From assembly GCA_027604505.1 (NCBI GenBank), contig JADIIX010000131.1, forward strand, positions 44,411 through 64,410: 20,000 nt of DNA, in the 5' to 3' direction. Every line of letters starts with the position of its first letter. The stretch's first letter is position 1. The translations under genes and the position numbers were made by a program. This DNA is from Gonapodya sp. JEL0774 (lineage: Eukaryota). The notes under the pieces are model-generated. The model made no database searches. It saw only the letters and a program-made list of their open reading frames with translations, and was not told the origin of the DNA. Shown here in pieces: positions 9,934 to 20,000 of this stretch.

Positions 9934-12900
9934 ATGACCGAAAACAAACCTCCGCCGTCGCCACCTTCTGAGCAAAACTGGCAAGCTCTTCAAAGCTTGA
10001 CCCCACCCCCGCCGCCTCCTCCGGCACAGGCTGATCCGCCCCCACCTGGTCTCAGCGTTATGCCAACAGCGACCACCATTGTTCCTCAACCACCACAACA
10101 CCAGCTCGCTCAATACCCCCAGTATGGTGCCTATCCTAGTTTTACTGCCTCGCCAACCTTGCCAAGCTCCCAGCCGTTTGGCCGAGACGCCTACAGCGGG
10201 TACCAGTTCGATTCCAGAATGCTTGAACAGTACTGGGCACAGGCCTATTATCAGACTCAAATGGCTCAGTATTATGCTAGTGCAGCTTACATGGCTGCCG
10301 CCGCTAATCAGACTCCGACATTCCAGGGAACGCCGGTATCCCAAACCCAGTCCGCAACCACGGCCGTCTCGGCATCACAACAGTCGCCAGATACAGAGGA
10401 CAAAATGGACATTTATCAGAACTCTGAAGGTAAACTCATGTCGACCGCGAGCTCTGCTTCCGTTGCCGCCAAGCCTGCCGGAACTGCGAACTCTGTTACC
10501 GTTGCCGTCAAGCCTGCCGGAACTGCGAGCTCTACTTCCGTCGCCGCCAAGCGTGCCGGAGCCGCTGTGCAGCCCAAGCTGGAATTAAACGATCCTGCTG
10601 ATGCGTCCTCTGCGAAACGCCCAATCGCTCCAACTCCCGATGTGTCTGCTGGCTCTGCTAGCGCTGTACCTGCTGCGAAGCAGGCGCAGCAACAGCAGCT
10701 GCCTGTGTCACGCAAGGAGATTGTTGTCGGGAGGGTGCACGTAGTTGAACGGGTTCCGGAAAGTATACCTGCGCGGTCGGCATCGTCGAAGCCATCTCCG
10801 CAGGACTGTTTACCTGCGCGATCAGCGTCGTCGAAGCTATCGATGCGAGATAGTTCATCGGAGGTGCGTGCGAGTGCGAGCTCTGGATCAGATGCAAGAC
10901 AGCCGCATCGGGATGGTGGTGGGTATGGTGATTCGATGTATTCGAGCAGGCTTCCAGAGAAACAGACGCGCACAGAGGGGGGACCTGCTCCTGCGCAATC
11001 TTTGAGTAGTGGGCCTGGAGCCACTTCGAGGCCCATTGGAACTCAGATGCGTAGAGAAGGTGAATCTGCTCTTACGCAAGCGTCGACCAGTGGACCTGCA
11101 GCTACTTCAAGGTCCACTCAATCTTTGAGGAGTGGGCATGAAGAGACCTCAAGACCCGCGCAATCTTCGACCAGTGGTCCTGGAGCAATTTCAAGGCCCT
11201 CCGTTACAGGTCCTGCAACGACACCCTCAACTGCCCCTCCATCATTGTCTGCCGCAACTGCGCCTCCACCATTGGCTGCCGCAACTGCGCCTCCACCATC
11301 GGCTGCCGCAACTGCGCCTCCACCATCGGTTGCCGCAACTGCGCCTCCACCATTGACTGCCGCAACTGCCCCTCCATCGTCGGCTAGCTACATAAACCCA
11401 CCAGGATTGACAGCTACATTACCGATGGTACCGCGAGACACGGGACCATTTCTGTTCATCCCACCTTCAGCAAACGCATTTTCCAATGCTGCCAACAGTA
11501 ACGGACCGATTCCAGGACCTGGTCATGGGTCCATTCGCACTCATGACATTCAATCTCTATCCAAAGCTGCCCGAAAGAAGCTCCGCAGGGGAACTATGGC
11601 TCAGGCAGCCGAAATTGGTGTTCACGCCCCACTCGCGCAATTCGTACTTTCAACTACGAGCGTTGTCTACAATCCTGAGGCACCCAACACCTGGTACATC
11701 GCTTTTCCCCTGCCATCTGTTCTGCCAAAGCCTCAGCCGATGCCAACTACAGCGCCTCCTTCCTTTGTCCCGGTGGTAGGAAGCGCTCCTCCACCACCAC
11801 ACCAGGCCCGTGGCAACCTAAGTGTGACAGCTCCATCCAGGCCCACTAAGAACGGCAACACTGTTAAGGACCTCGGTATTGCTGCGTTCGCAGCAGACGT
11901 TGCCAACAGACTACAGCCCCAGCCCGATGCGTCCTCTGACTCCGACTCTGAGTCTGAGTGGGAGATGCCAAAGTCGGTGAAGCCCAAGATCGTGAACGTG
12001 CGTCCGGGACCACGTCCTTACAGTGTCGAGATTGCCACAGGAGGTACCTCGGTTGTAATGTTCGGGGATCATCAACACTCAGCCAACCCACCAGCGCCTA
12101 CCCGACAAAAGCGTCCCCTGTCGCCGCCACCAACAAGGCAATCAGCGCGATTGAAATCTGCCAAAGAACTCGATAGGAACTCTCCGAAGGTGAACTCTAC
12201 GACAGAGAGACCCGATCAGCACGAGGAGCAGACACCTGGTTCGAGGCCTTTGCTCTTCAGCTTCACTCAGGCACTGCAGGCAGCATCTTACGGAAACAAA
12301 AAGCCGAAGGACAGCGATGGTTACTGCAAGCGTTGCGACTATCTGGGAAAGGTCAGTGCATACCTCTGTGTTGAGTCAATGTGCCCGATTTCTCGTTCTA
12401 ATACTGATTCCTTGAACATTTCCTCTCGCATGGCCTTGATTACCGTCCTATCCCGCACTTCCGCTTCTTGTGTCGCTTCGATAGCACATTGTGCGACTCA
12501 AAGCTGAGCGAGAAGCCCACAGGGAGCTCGCTGTCACATTCCGCGACTCGCTTCTGGTTCTCATGCGGGTTGTTAATCGCGCCATGGATGAACGCCGGTC
12601 TAGTGGAGATCTTCAAAGCCTTCCAGAAAATTCACCGGAAATTCAACAAAGTTCTTCTGCAGTGGTCGATCACGAAGACAATGCTGCGGTTCCCATGGAT
12701 ATGTGTGCAGATCAGGCAAATAATTCGCAGGTATTTACGGAAAGCATACTCACACAGATCGATGGCAAGGTTACCGCACACGCAGAAACATCGGTAGAGT
12801 CGAATCTGAAGGACACTACCGTCGGATCAGAAGACATTTTTGTTGAGGAGGGTGAGGTGCTGGAGCCATCACATGACAGTCCCCAACCAATGGCAGAGGA

Positions 12901-13528
12901 CCCTGGTCCCATCAATTCCGCTTCGCCTGGACCAGATCAAACGATGGGCACCACACCAGCAGCCCGCCGTTACCTCCTTAGCGTATTGAATGAATTTGAA
13001 CTCTCATTTTCTGCAGTTGATCGAATCTCCGTCCTTACAGGAGTGGACCTCCTTGAGGTTGTAGGAAGGCACGTGAGAGGCACTGCCGTTTTGAGTGGAC
13101 GCACGGCAGTTTCGATCACCCCAGATGCAACAGAAACAGAAGATCTCATGGGCAACAGTGGCCCTGAATCTGAGATAGACCGGAGGGTCACTACTCGGGC
13201 CTCGGAGGAGAACAAAAGGAGGGTCGCAGTGCCGCGGAACCATGCACAGGCACCTTCCGAGCCCATTGATGTGGATGCTATGTTCGGTTCTAATGAGGAT
13301 GATGATTTAGCGGACATGGATGTGGTGTGGGTGAAGTCAGACACTGGACACTGGGGTTTGGGTTTAAAGAGAGCAGACCGGCCTGTAGAGAAATCAGAAG
13401 ATCGACCACAAAAGAAGAGGAAGCTCAACGAGCAGGCTTCAGCAAGCGCGCAAGCTCCCAAGGTGAGAAAGAAGAACTGGGAAGACGGTTGGAGCCATCC
13501 TCGGATGCAAGTGTCGGATACCGAGTAA
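9934..13528 (+). CDS. Hypothetical ~1150-aa low-complexity (P/S/A/T-rich) protein, probably nuclear
   Basis: Two long ORFs are joined in phase 0 by intron 12352-12484 (AAG|gtcagt...gatag|CAC ATT), giving ...YCKRCDYLGK-HIVRLKAEREAHRELA.... The first ATG is at 9934 and there is a C-terminal PQKKRKL. I recognise no globular domain. Confidence 0.75.
10453..10566 (+). repeat. 39-bp coding tandem repeat x3 (SASVAAKPAGTAN)
   Basis: Units start at 10453, 10492 and 10531. Confidence 0.85.
11230..11385 (+). repeat. 27-bp coding tandem repeat x~6 (TAPPPxAAA)
   Basis: actgcgcctccacca(tt/tc)ggctgccgca units start at 11230, 11257, 11284, 11311, 11338 and 11365. Confidence 0.92.
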
Positions 13529-13736
13529 AGTTTGAATTGGAGGTGGATAACGGAACCCTGTGTAAGGTCTGCAGTACAATTTTCTCCCACTTTCTTTAAA
13601 TTGATGCGGTGACTGGGGGGAGAAGAGGAAGCGAGGGAGTTTTTGAGCACCATGTGTATACAACATGAAAAGCTTTAAACAATCATCAATAATTCTGCCA
13701 CTGCCAATTCTGTTAAATAGTTGGAGAGCTACAGTG

Positions 13737-16700
13737 TCAACTTTGCCGCGACTTGGGCAGCGCATCCGTCGATGGGGGAGGACGGCCCCGAACGAGCGAG
13801 AGTGGCAAGGCAGGAAGATCTGAAGGGGGGTACCGCCGCCCCAATGTATGTGACTTGTAAGGAATAATGGGAGGCGGTGCACTTCGCCCGGAGAGTGGAT
13901 TATCCGGGACATCTACGTGTCCAGGTACTTGTCGCCTAGATTCCGGTAGTGATGCAACAGCCGCGTCACCACGGCGGGTGGAATCTACTAACGAGCGAGG
14001 TCCACCTTCTGCTAGTTCTGATTGCAACGGTCGCTGGAGTCCGGAGTCTCTTGTAGCTTGGTGCCGCGGTCGGGTGGAGGAGCTCGAAGGAACAGAGGCC
14101 TCTCTACCCAAGTCTGTGGGTAGTGTCATAGAAGTCACTAATGCTGATGGCTTTGAGACAGCGACAGCAGACGAAGGTTGAGTAGGACGTTTCGATACAG
14201 CGGAAGGTTTTTGGGAGGATGAATGGGCTACGTGTGTGCGCGATGTCCCTGAGTGCGCCTCAAGCTCAGTAGATCTTCTTCCTCTGGACCTCCTATTCTC
14301 CGCACCAGATTCCATATGGGGCTCTTGAGCGACTGGATTCGAAGCACTAGTTTCAGATCGTGACCGCGTTCGGAGCTGATGTACTTGGGCAGGCAAGGGG
14401 TCCATAGGGGGAACAGCTGACATGTCCACACCAGATCGCGAGCTTGTTGACATCGCCACACCAGATCGTGAGCTTGTCGACACCTCCACACCAGATCGTG
14501 AGCTTGTGGGTATTCGATATTCTCCTAGTTTTGGTGGGGATTTTGGGGAAGGCATGGATGATGCTGGTGGAGTTTGCAGGCGGCCCTTGCCAACAATTAT
14601 ATTTAATCCCGATTCCCTTTTCAATGAGATCAAAGGTGTTGCAGCACGTTCACGCTCAGCTGCATTCGGAGGTAAAACAGATTGCGAAGACACCTCCATC
14701 CTGGAATGGGGGTCAGGTGTGACATGAAACACAGGTCCCACTGCACTCGAATGATCTTGTGCCAGTGCCACCACTCTGACACGGGGAGCCGGAGACTGCG
14801 CTCCCTTCTCCCCGGAATTCTTCATTAAATCACCAGTTTGTTGAACAGCCGAAGGAAGGTCGCTGTTGCTTGTTCTCGCATGCGATGGGCGAGACAGGGA
14901 GTTTTTTTGACCAATTCGCGATGAAAACGGTTTGTAGGGAACGTAGGTTGGCTGAACAGGGAAAGAGGTGACATTGGGAGAGAGATTGTCGGGCTTCTGG
15001 TCCTGCCGATGAACTGCATCAGATGGGGTCATCTCGTCAGAGGCGATGCTATCTACAGCAGCCGAGGATTTCAAAATCGAGACGGGATCTGATCCCTTAG
15101 AAGCTGCAGAAGAATATTTGAGACTTGTTCGTTCACTACCTGGAACGTTCGGGTTGGATCGCTCGGTTTGTAAGTTATCACCAATGTTCGGCTTTGTTCC
15201 AGACTTGAGATTCTCATTTCGTCCCCGCGAATTATCCGCCGCTGATATCGACGTGGGCCCGCCACCAGGATTAGGTCTTGATGGAGTATTGCGTGGGGAT
15301 TTAGAGAAGGACATATTGCCTTCGCGAATTTGAGAGGCGATCCGTTCCAATTTATCCAGCAGTCGTGGGCCAGCGTGTGGACTTGTATTAGAGCCATCAG
15401 CATGACCAACAGTCTGCGCCTTTTGGAGGGCCGAGTTCATTTGATCTTTCGGTGGTAAACTGGACACGTCCAATGTGAAACGTCGTGACGATCAATGTAT
15501 GACTAATCGGATCGTCATGACTCACATTGTCCCAGATCCCATAGAAAGTTTCGTGCGGGAAGCCATGCTAGCCCGAGACATAATGACTCGGGAGGAGATT
15601 TTGGAATTGTCAGAGTTCCCAGACTTCTTTTGAGCGAATTTACGTTCTTCCTCTTCGAACTCTTTTCTCCGTTTTTCTTCGGCTTCCCGTTCTAGCACAA
15701 TTATGTTTCATTTGCATTTTTTGTTAGCCGGTAATCGGATGATGAGAAAGTTTTGCCAAAGAGTGAAGTACCTTGTTCAGCACGTCGTCGTCTGTCTTGC
15801 TCCTTCTTCTCCTCAACATACTTCAAAATTTGCTCTCGCACTGAAGGTCTACTGGCCAGAATGGCATCAAAGTCCTCACGTGTTAAAACTGCTAGCTCCG
15901 TCTGTGCTATTGCCCGAATAGAGGCAGTTCGTTTAATATTCTCCATGAGAGCAATCTCACCTAGTTACCAGCAACGATGCATTCGTGTGTGCGTGTGTGG
16001 GGGGGTGTTACTTGGTGCTCTGGCCATTAGCCATAAAACGAAGTATTCCTCACCAAAAAATTTGCCTTCTCCAAGAGTCACAAAAACTTTCGTGTCTTTA
16101 AAGACTTCCACTGCACCGCTTTTGACGAAGTACATCTCGCTGGCTTCATCTCCCTCACGAAAGACACACCATCCTGGGAGCACGGTTAGTGGCCGCAGCG
16201 CCAACACTATGGATTGTTGAAAGGACAAGTCCAGATCTTTGAACAAGGGAAGACTTTGAACTAGTTTGAGGTAGAAATGTGTGTAGATGTCCACTTGCAG
16301 GACACGAGGAAGTTCCTGCGGGGTCAGTTTTGGCTTCAGCAAAGAAACCGTACGCTTGATTCAGAAGAGCGAAGCATACCCTGAACATATTTGACTCGTC
16401 GATTCCTTGCGTTCTAACGTATCGAAACTGCTCGTGATCCAATATCCTTTTCTGAATCTCCTTAGGCAAAGCTATCCCGATATCGAACATCAATTACTGT
16501 TCAAGCTAACAGGAAGCTCACACAAAGCCAGTACCTTTCTGCTGCATGTACTTTTGCAGCTGGAAGACTCTACGACGATGTTTTTCGGCAAGCTCTTGCT
16601 CCTCCTCGGACGAATCCATATATCTGGCGAAATCACGTTGTGAGTAAACAACCGGAAAACTTTTTCCATAAATTAACGACTGAGCGCACCGTATAATCGA

Positions 16701-18354
16701 TGCCAGTGATCCGAAGAGACTACCGTAAACAATCTGCGGAAATGCCAACAAGAGTATCAGAACTTAAATTGCCTCATAGTCAATCGACGACCCTAATACG
16801 TACGGCAGCCAGCAAAATCTCTACAACCAGATGATAATAGAAGGTGCATTTGTCGGTTGTACATGATTATTCTTTGACGACGCAAGGAGCTCACCGACAA
16901 GACAGTAGACCCTCTCGGGGACAGTCTCCACGTCTCTAAACACGAAGAAAACCGCTTTCTCCGCTGCAAACAAGGATCGCAGGTACCGATAGCCTAGATC
17001 CACATCTGCGTGTCTGTACTGGTCCTCATAGCCGAGCATGTTCAAGCGGATCCATGATTTCTCATGTGACAAGATGGACGAGAGGAACCAAAAGGCGCAA
17101 GCGCTCAGATGAGACACCAAGACGATCAAAAATATATTTTTTGCGAGTCGAGATACCGTCATCTGTTGTGTAAAGTGAACACCATGAGATCATTCTTCAT
17201 GCCTCAAACACGACAACCCACATGGATCATAGAAAGTTTGACGGTGATGAGAAAGTGCAATAACTTGCTCATTGGAATGAATCGTAGGAGTCTTAGTATT
17301 GCCCACAGACGGTAGGGATCGAAAACGCTGGATAGTAGGAATGCTTAGAGTTCACTGCATCCTCTGAGGTTCGCCCGCAACAATGGATGCTTACCCAAGC
17401 GGAGAACACGTAGCTTCTTCTATCAAAAATTCATACAAAAGTGGAGTAAGGTCCCATGGAATGTTTGCCAGAACGGACAGCCATCCTCGTCGCTTCAAAA
17501 AGTATTCGTTTCGAACTGCAGACCCGGGCAGAATAACGTGTAAAAAGGGAGAGTTCTCCCAGATTAGGTGCTCAAACGGGCATTCGCTCTACGCACTCTT
17601 TCTGAAATCCGTCACCAGCAAACCGAACTCGTCCCGGTATGACTTCGACATGTCAATGATGCAATCCAACAAACCCACTAGGTCACTGATATGTCGCAGA
17701 GGAGAATGAGTCTAGTATCTTGGTAAAGTCTACCCCTTTCTTCTTCTGGTGGTGCTTCTCACCTGAGGTAGAAGAGTGCCAGAATGGTGGGATGCATCAA
17801 GTCACACGTCCACGCCACCGCCATGGGTATGAATATCATGTTGGCAAACTGCGACACCAGCAGAACTCTGTCGAATGCCTCCCATACAGAACTGCTTCCG
17901 TCCAACGGTTTGATACGGCCCATCGCCTCTTCGACAGCTCCAATTGCCTCCATCATCCGATCCCAGCATCCAAACGTAAACCTCAAGACCACCCTGGGTA
18001 TCCAATGATGCTCCACCTCTCCTACAATGTCCAGAGCATCGTCATCGTCAGAGTGCGTGGAGAGATCCCCTTCCTCTCCCTGGGTGGGCCGATCGTCGGA
18101 AGGGGATGAGACGAGCACCGGCGGGACCCCCTCCTCCATGCGGCCAGGATTGCCTTCGGGCATGGCAATGTTAAAGTCGAGACTCAACCTCTAGGGCAAT
18201 TTGGATGGTGCGATTGTAGAGAGCTTAGAGTAAGATGAAGGTGGTTGAGGTCCTGTGGTTGATCGGGTGTGTATTTATTAGATCGAAAGGGTTGCCTTCC
18301 ACCCACCCTTCGGGATGCCTGACTGGCGCGCCAGCAGGCGTCTCCCTCCACCAT
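13737..18354 (-). CDS. Cyclic-nucleotide-binding-domain 6TM channel (CNG/HCN/KCNH-like) with long disordered C-terminal tail
   Basis: Spliced exons give S1 (VWEAFDRVLLVSQFANMIFIPM), S2-S3 (DLVGLLDCII...YRDEFGLLVTDFRKIRNEYFLKRRGWLSVLANIPWD), S4 (YRLWAILRLLRFIP), S5 (LIVLVSHLSACAFWFL), S6 (ERVYCLVEILLAAIVYGSLFGSLASII, using a 17-nt microexon 16820-16804), C-linker (LQKYMQQKALPKEIQKRILDH; ELPRVLQVDI) and CNBD (VFREGDEASEMYFVKSGAVEV...FFGEIALMENIKRTASIRA). These splice in frame into the S/P-rich ORF ending at 13737. The start codon is uncertain (18354 or 18163). Confidence 0.88.
14421..14510 (-). repeat. 30-bp coding tandem repeat x3 (TSSRSGVxxS) in channel tail
   Basis: Units cat/cac-NNccacaccagatcgYgagcttgt start at 14421, 14451 and 14481. 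Confidence 0.9.
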
Positions 18355-19059
18355 CTCTCCAACAGTCTAGAAATGATGTATTATTATATTAACTTATCAA
18401 CTTCGGAACAATTGAGGAAGAGGTGCCCTGAAGAGACGCAGAATAGCAAGGCCTGTATGGCACACGCCTGAACTTGCAACAACGGATATCTGCTGTTCGA
18501 GGTGATGGGAACGCGGCATCAGGCATGTGCAAGCGCCTTGATTCATAGGAATGCAGAGTTGGGGAGGACGCATTGTGACCACATATTGAAAACGGCTGAA
18601 GCAGGATGGAACTCTCGGTGGACGCGGACAGGAGAAAGAACGCCAACAATTGGGATATTGATTAAGTGAGTAAGTACGTCATTTAATAGCTTGATTTACA
18701 GGTCTGGAGTAGTGTGTGAATGCATGTGGTGGGTTCCGATCCCCTTGTTAGGGTCGCCGGTGTTGCTTAGATGAAATTATTCACACACGTCACCTTCACA
18801 CGCATCAAGGGTGGACTGAATAGATTTGTTTACAATCATTCCGTCGTGAGCTTGTTCTCTTCTCCTCTTTGTCGACTCCTTCACCAATCCGATACATTTT
18901 ACCTCGAAAATTACCTGAGCAATATTGCGATCCGGAAGGGACCCATCATCCGCGCACTCAATTCCCTCACGACGTCATAATTTTATCTATACACCTTCAA
19001 TTTATTTCCTCTCTCCACTCGCCTGCCACCATCCCCACCCGACTCGCCACCCCCACATC

Positions 19060-19303
19060 TCACGACACGAACACCTTGAAGTTCTTATAAAAGTCCACCA
19101 TGGGATCCTCTCCACTCTTTGTCCTAGTACTTTTCCCATCTCCCCACTTTTGCAAAAACTCCTTGTGCGTGAACACCTGGGCGGCCCTCTTGGCCTCCTC
19201 GTCGTCCGGTCGACGGCACACCGCCAGGTACATGGACCGCAGCAGCTCAAAGTCGGTGGGGAAAAATATGTCAAAGTAGCCGGGTTGGACAAGATAAGTG
19301 GAG
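19060..19303 (-). CDS. Last exon of mitochondrial SAM-dependent arginine methyltransferase (NDUFAF7/MidA family, YKL162C-like); upstream exons outside the window
   Basis: After a pyrimidine tract and ccctag acceptor (19306-19304) the exon reads STYLVQPGYFDIFFPTDFELLRSMY...VFTHKEFLQKWGDGKSTRTKSGEDPMVDFYKNFKVFVS*. This is the conserved C-terminus of fungal DUF185/Methyltransf_28 proteins, as recalled. Confidence 0.8.
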
Positions 19304-20000
19304 CTAGGGGAAGTGGGGAGGGTGGGGGGGTGAGGGTTGCGAAGGTGGGAGCGGAAGGTGGCAGTATGAACGGTCAAGTAGTCTGCATGATCCACTCGAA
19401 GGCACGCCTCGTCTTCCAGTGCTCGGCGAGCCAAACACAGCCCATACATCCCCTGAAAAGAAGGCTGGTAATGGAAACCCGAACCTGAAAACTCTGTCTG
19501 GTAGGATGCGGGATGCCAGGCATCTCTGGCGGGTTGGACCCATCCCCGGTCCCTGGGAACAGATCCGAGCGTCCCTTTGTGCAACCCTTCGCCGCCCGCA
19601 TGCATTCTCCCGTGAAGTGGAGATCCAATACTCATACGTGCATTGTGCGTGCAGTGGTAGGAGAAATTGGGTCATCACACAATTTATGGGGGCACCTCCA
19701 CCTGTTCCTTTCCATCCCACCCCCAACACCACCAAGGTCACGACCGATCTCCACGTCCCACCACTAAAACGAGCTACGAAGATCGGATGTCCCAATGACG
19801 CGAGCACCCCATACCTCCCGTGATCCATCTCAACACACCACCCGCCGACACCTTCCGTCTCGCTCTGCTCACCCCCCAGCCCCAAGCAGCCGGGCCCCCC
19901 CCCCGGCGCGCGCCGCCGCGCGCCCGCCACCCCCCGCCCCGCACACTGGAAGCGCGCGCGCCCCCACCCGAGAGACCCCGAGGTCGGCGACGCCACCAAG

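Noticed and set aside
11230..11385. Regular short repeats as a CRISPR-like array
   Set aside because: Head-to-tail in-frame coding repeats without spacers, in a eukaryotic gene.
9625..13912. Multiple minus-strand and alternate-frame ORFs (239, 206, 227 aa, etc.)
   Set aside because: Shadows of the GC-rich low-complexity coding sequence, with no recognisable motifs.
19560..19678. C-box-like GTGATGA in the long intron (possible C/D snoRNA)
   Set aside because: No D box (CTGA) downstream on that strand and no terminal stem.
19304..19999. 231-aa ORF and N-terminal part of the 191-aa ORF as coding
   Set aside because: Homology to the methyltransferase starts only after the acceptor at 19304. 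The upstream translation is G/R-rich and lacks family motifs.

Overview
Gene-dense, intron-rich eukaryotic DNA, most consistent with an early-diverging, probably zoosporic fungus (inference from gene content; Gonapodya-like Monoblepharidomycetes is a candidate). By splicing exons manually I find ten protein genes, in order: prohibitin-1 (partial, -), exosome subunit Rrp46 (-), a profilin-4-like protein (+), Got1 (+), a universal stress protein (+), selenophosphate synthetase (-), complex III subunit Qcr8 (-), a ~1150-aa low-complexity nuclear protein (+), a six-TM cyclic-nucleotide-binding channel (-), and the last exon of an NDUFAF7/YKL162C-like methyltransferase (-). The main finding, missed by the ORF track, is an in-frame TGA (8302-8304) at the catalytic position of the selenophosphate synthetase (LKG-U-GCKVP). 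This makes it an SPS2-type selenoprotein and points to selenocysteine use in a fungus, a trait known only from a few early-branching fungi. I could not find a canonical SECIS by eye. Other points of interest: a CNBD channel with a Gly-free, shortened pore loop and a gapped S4; an animal PFN4-like profilin; frequent AAG splice acceptors; and an unusually long, GC-rich structured intron at the window end.
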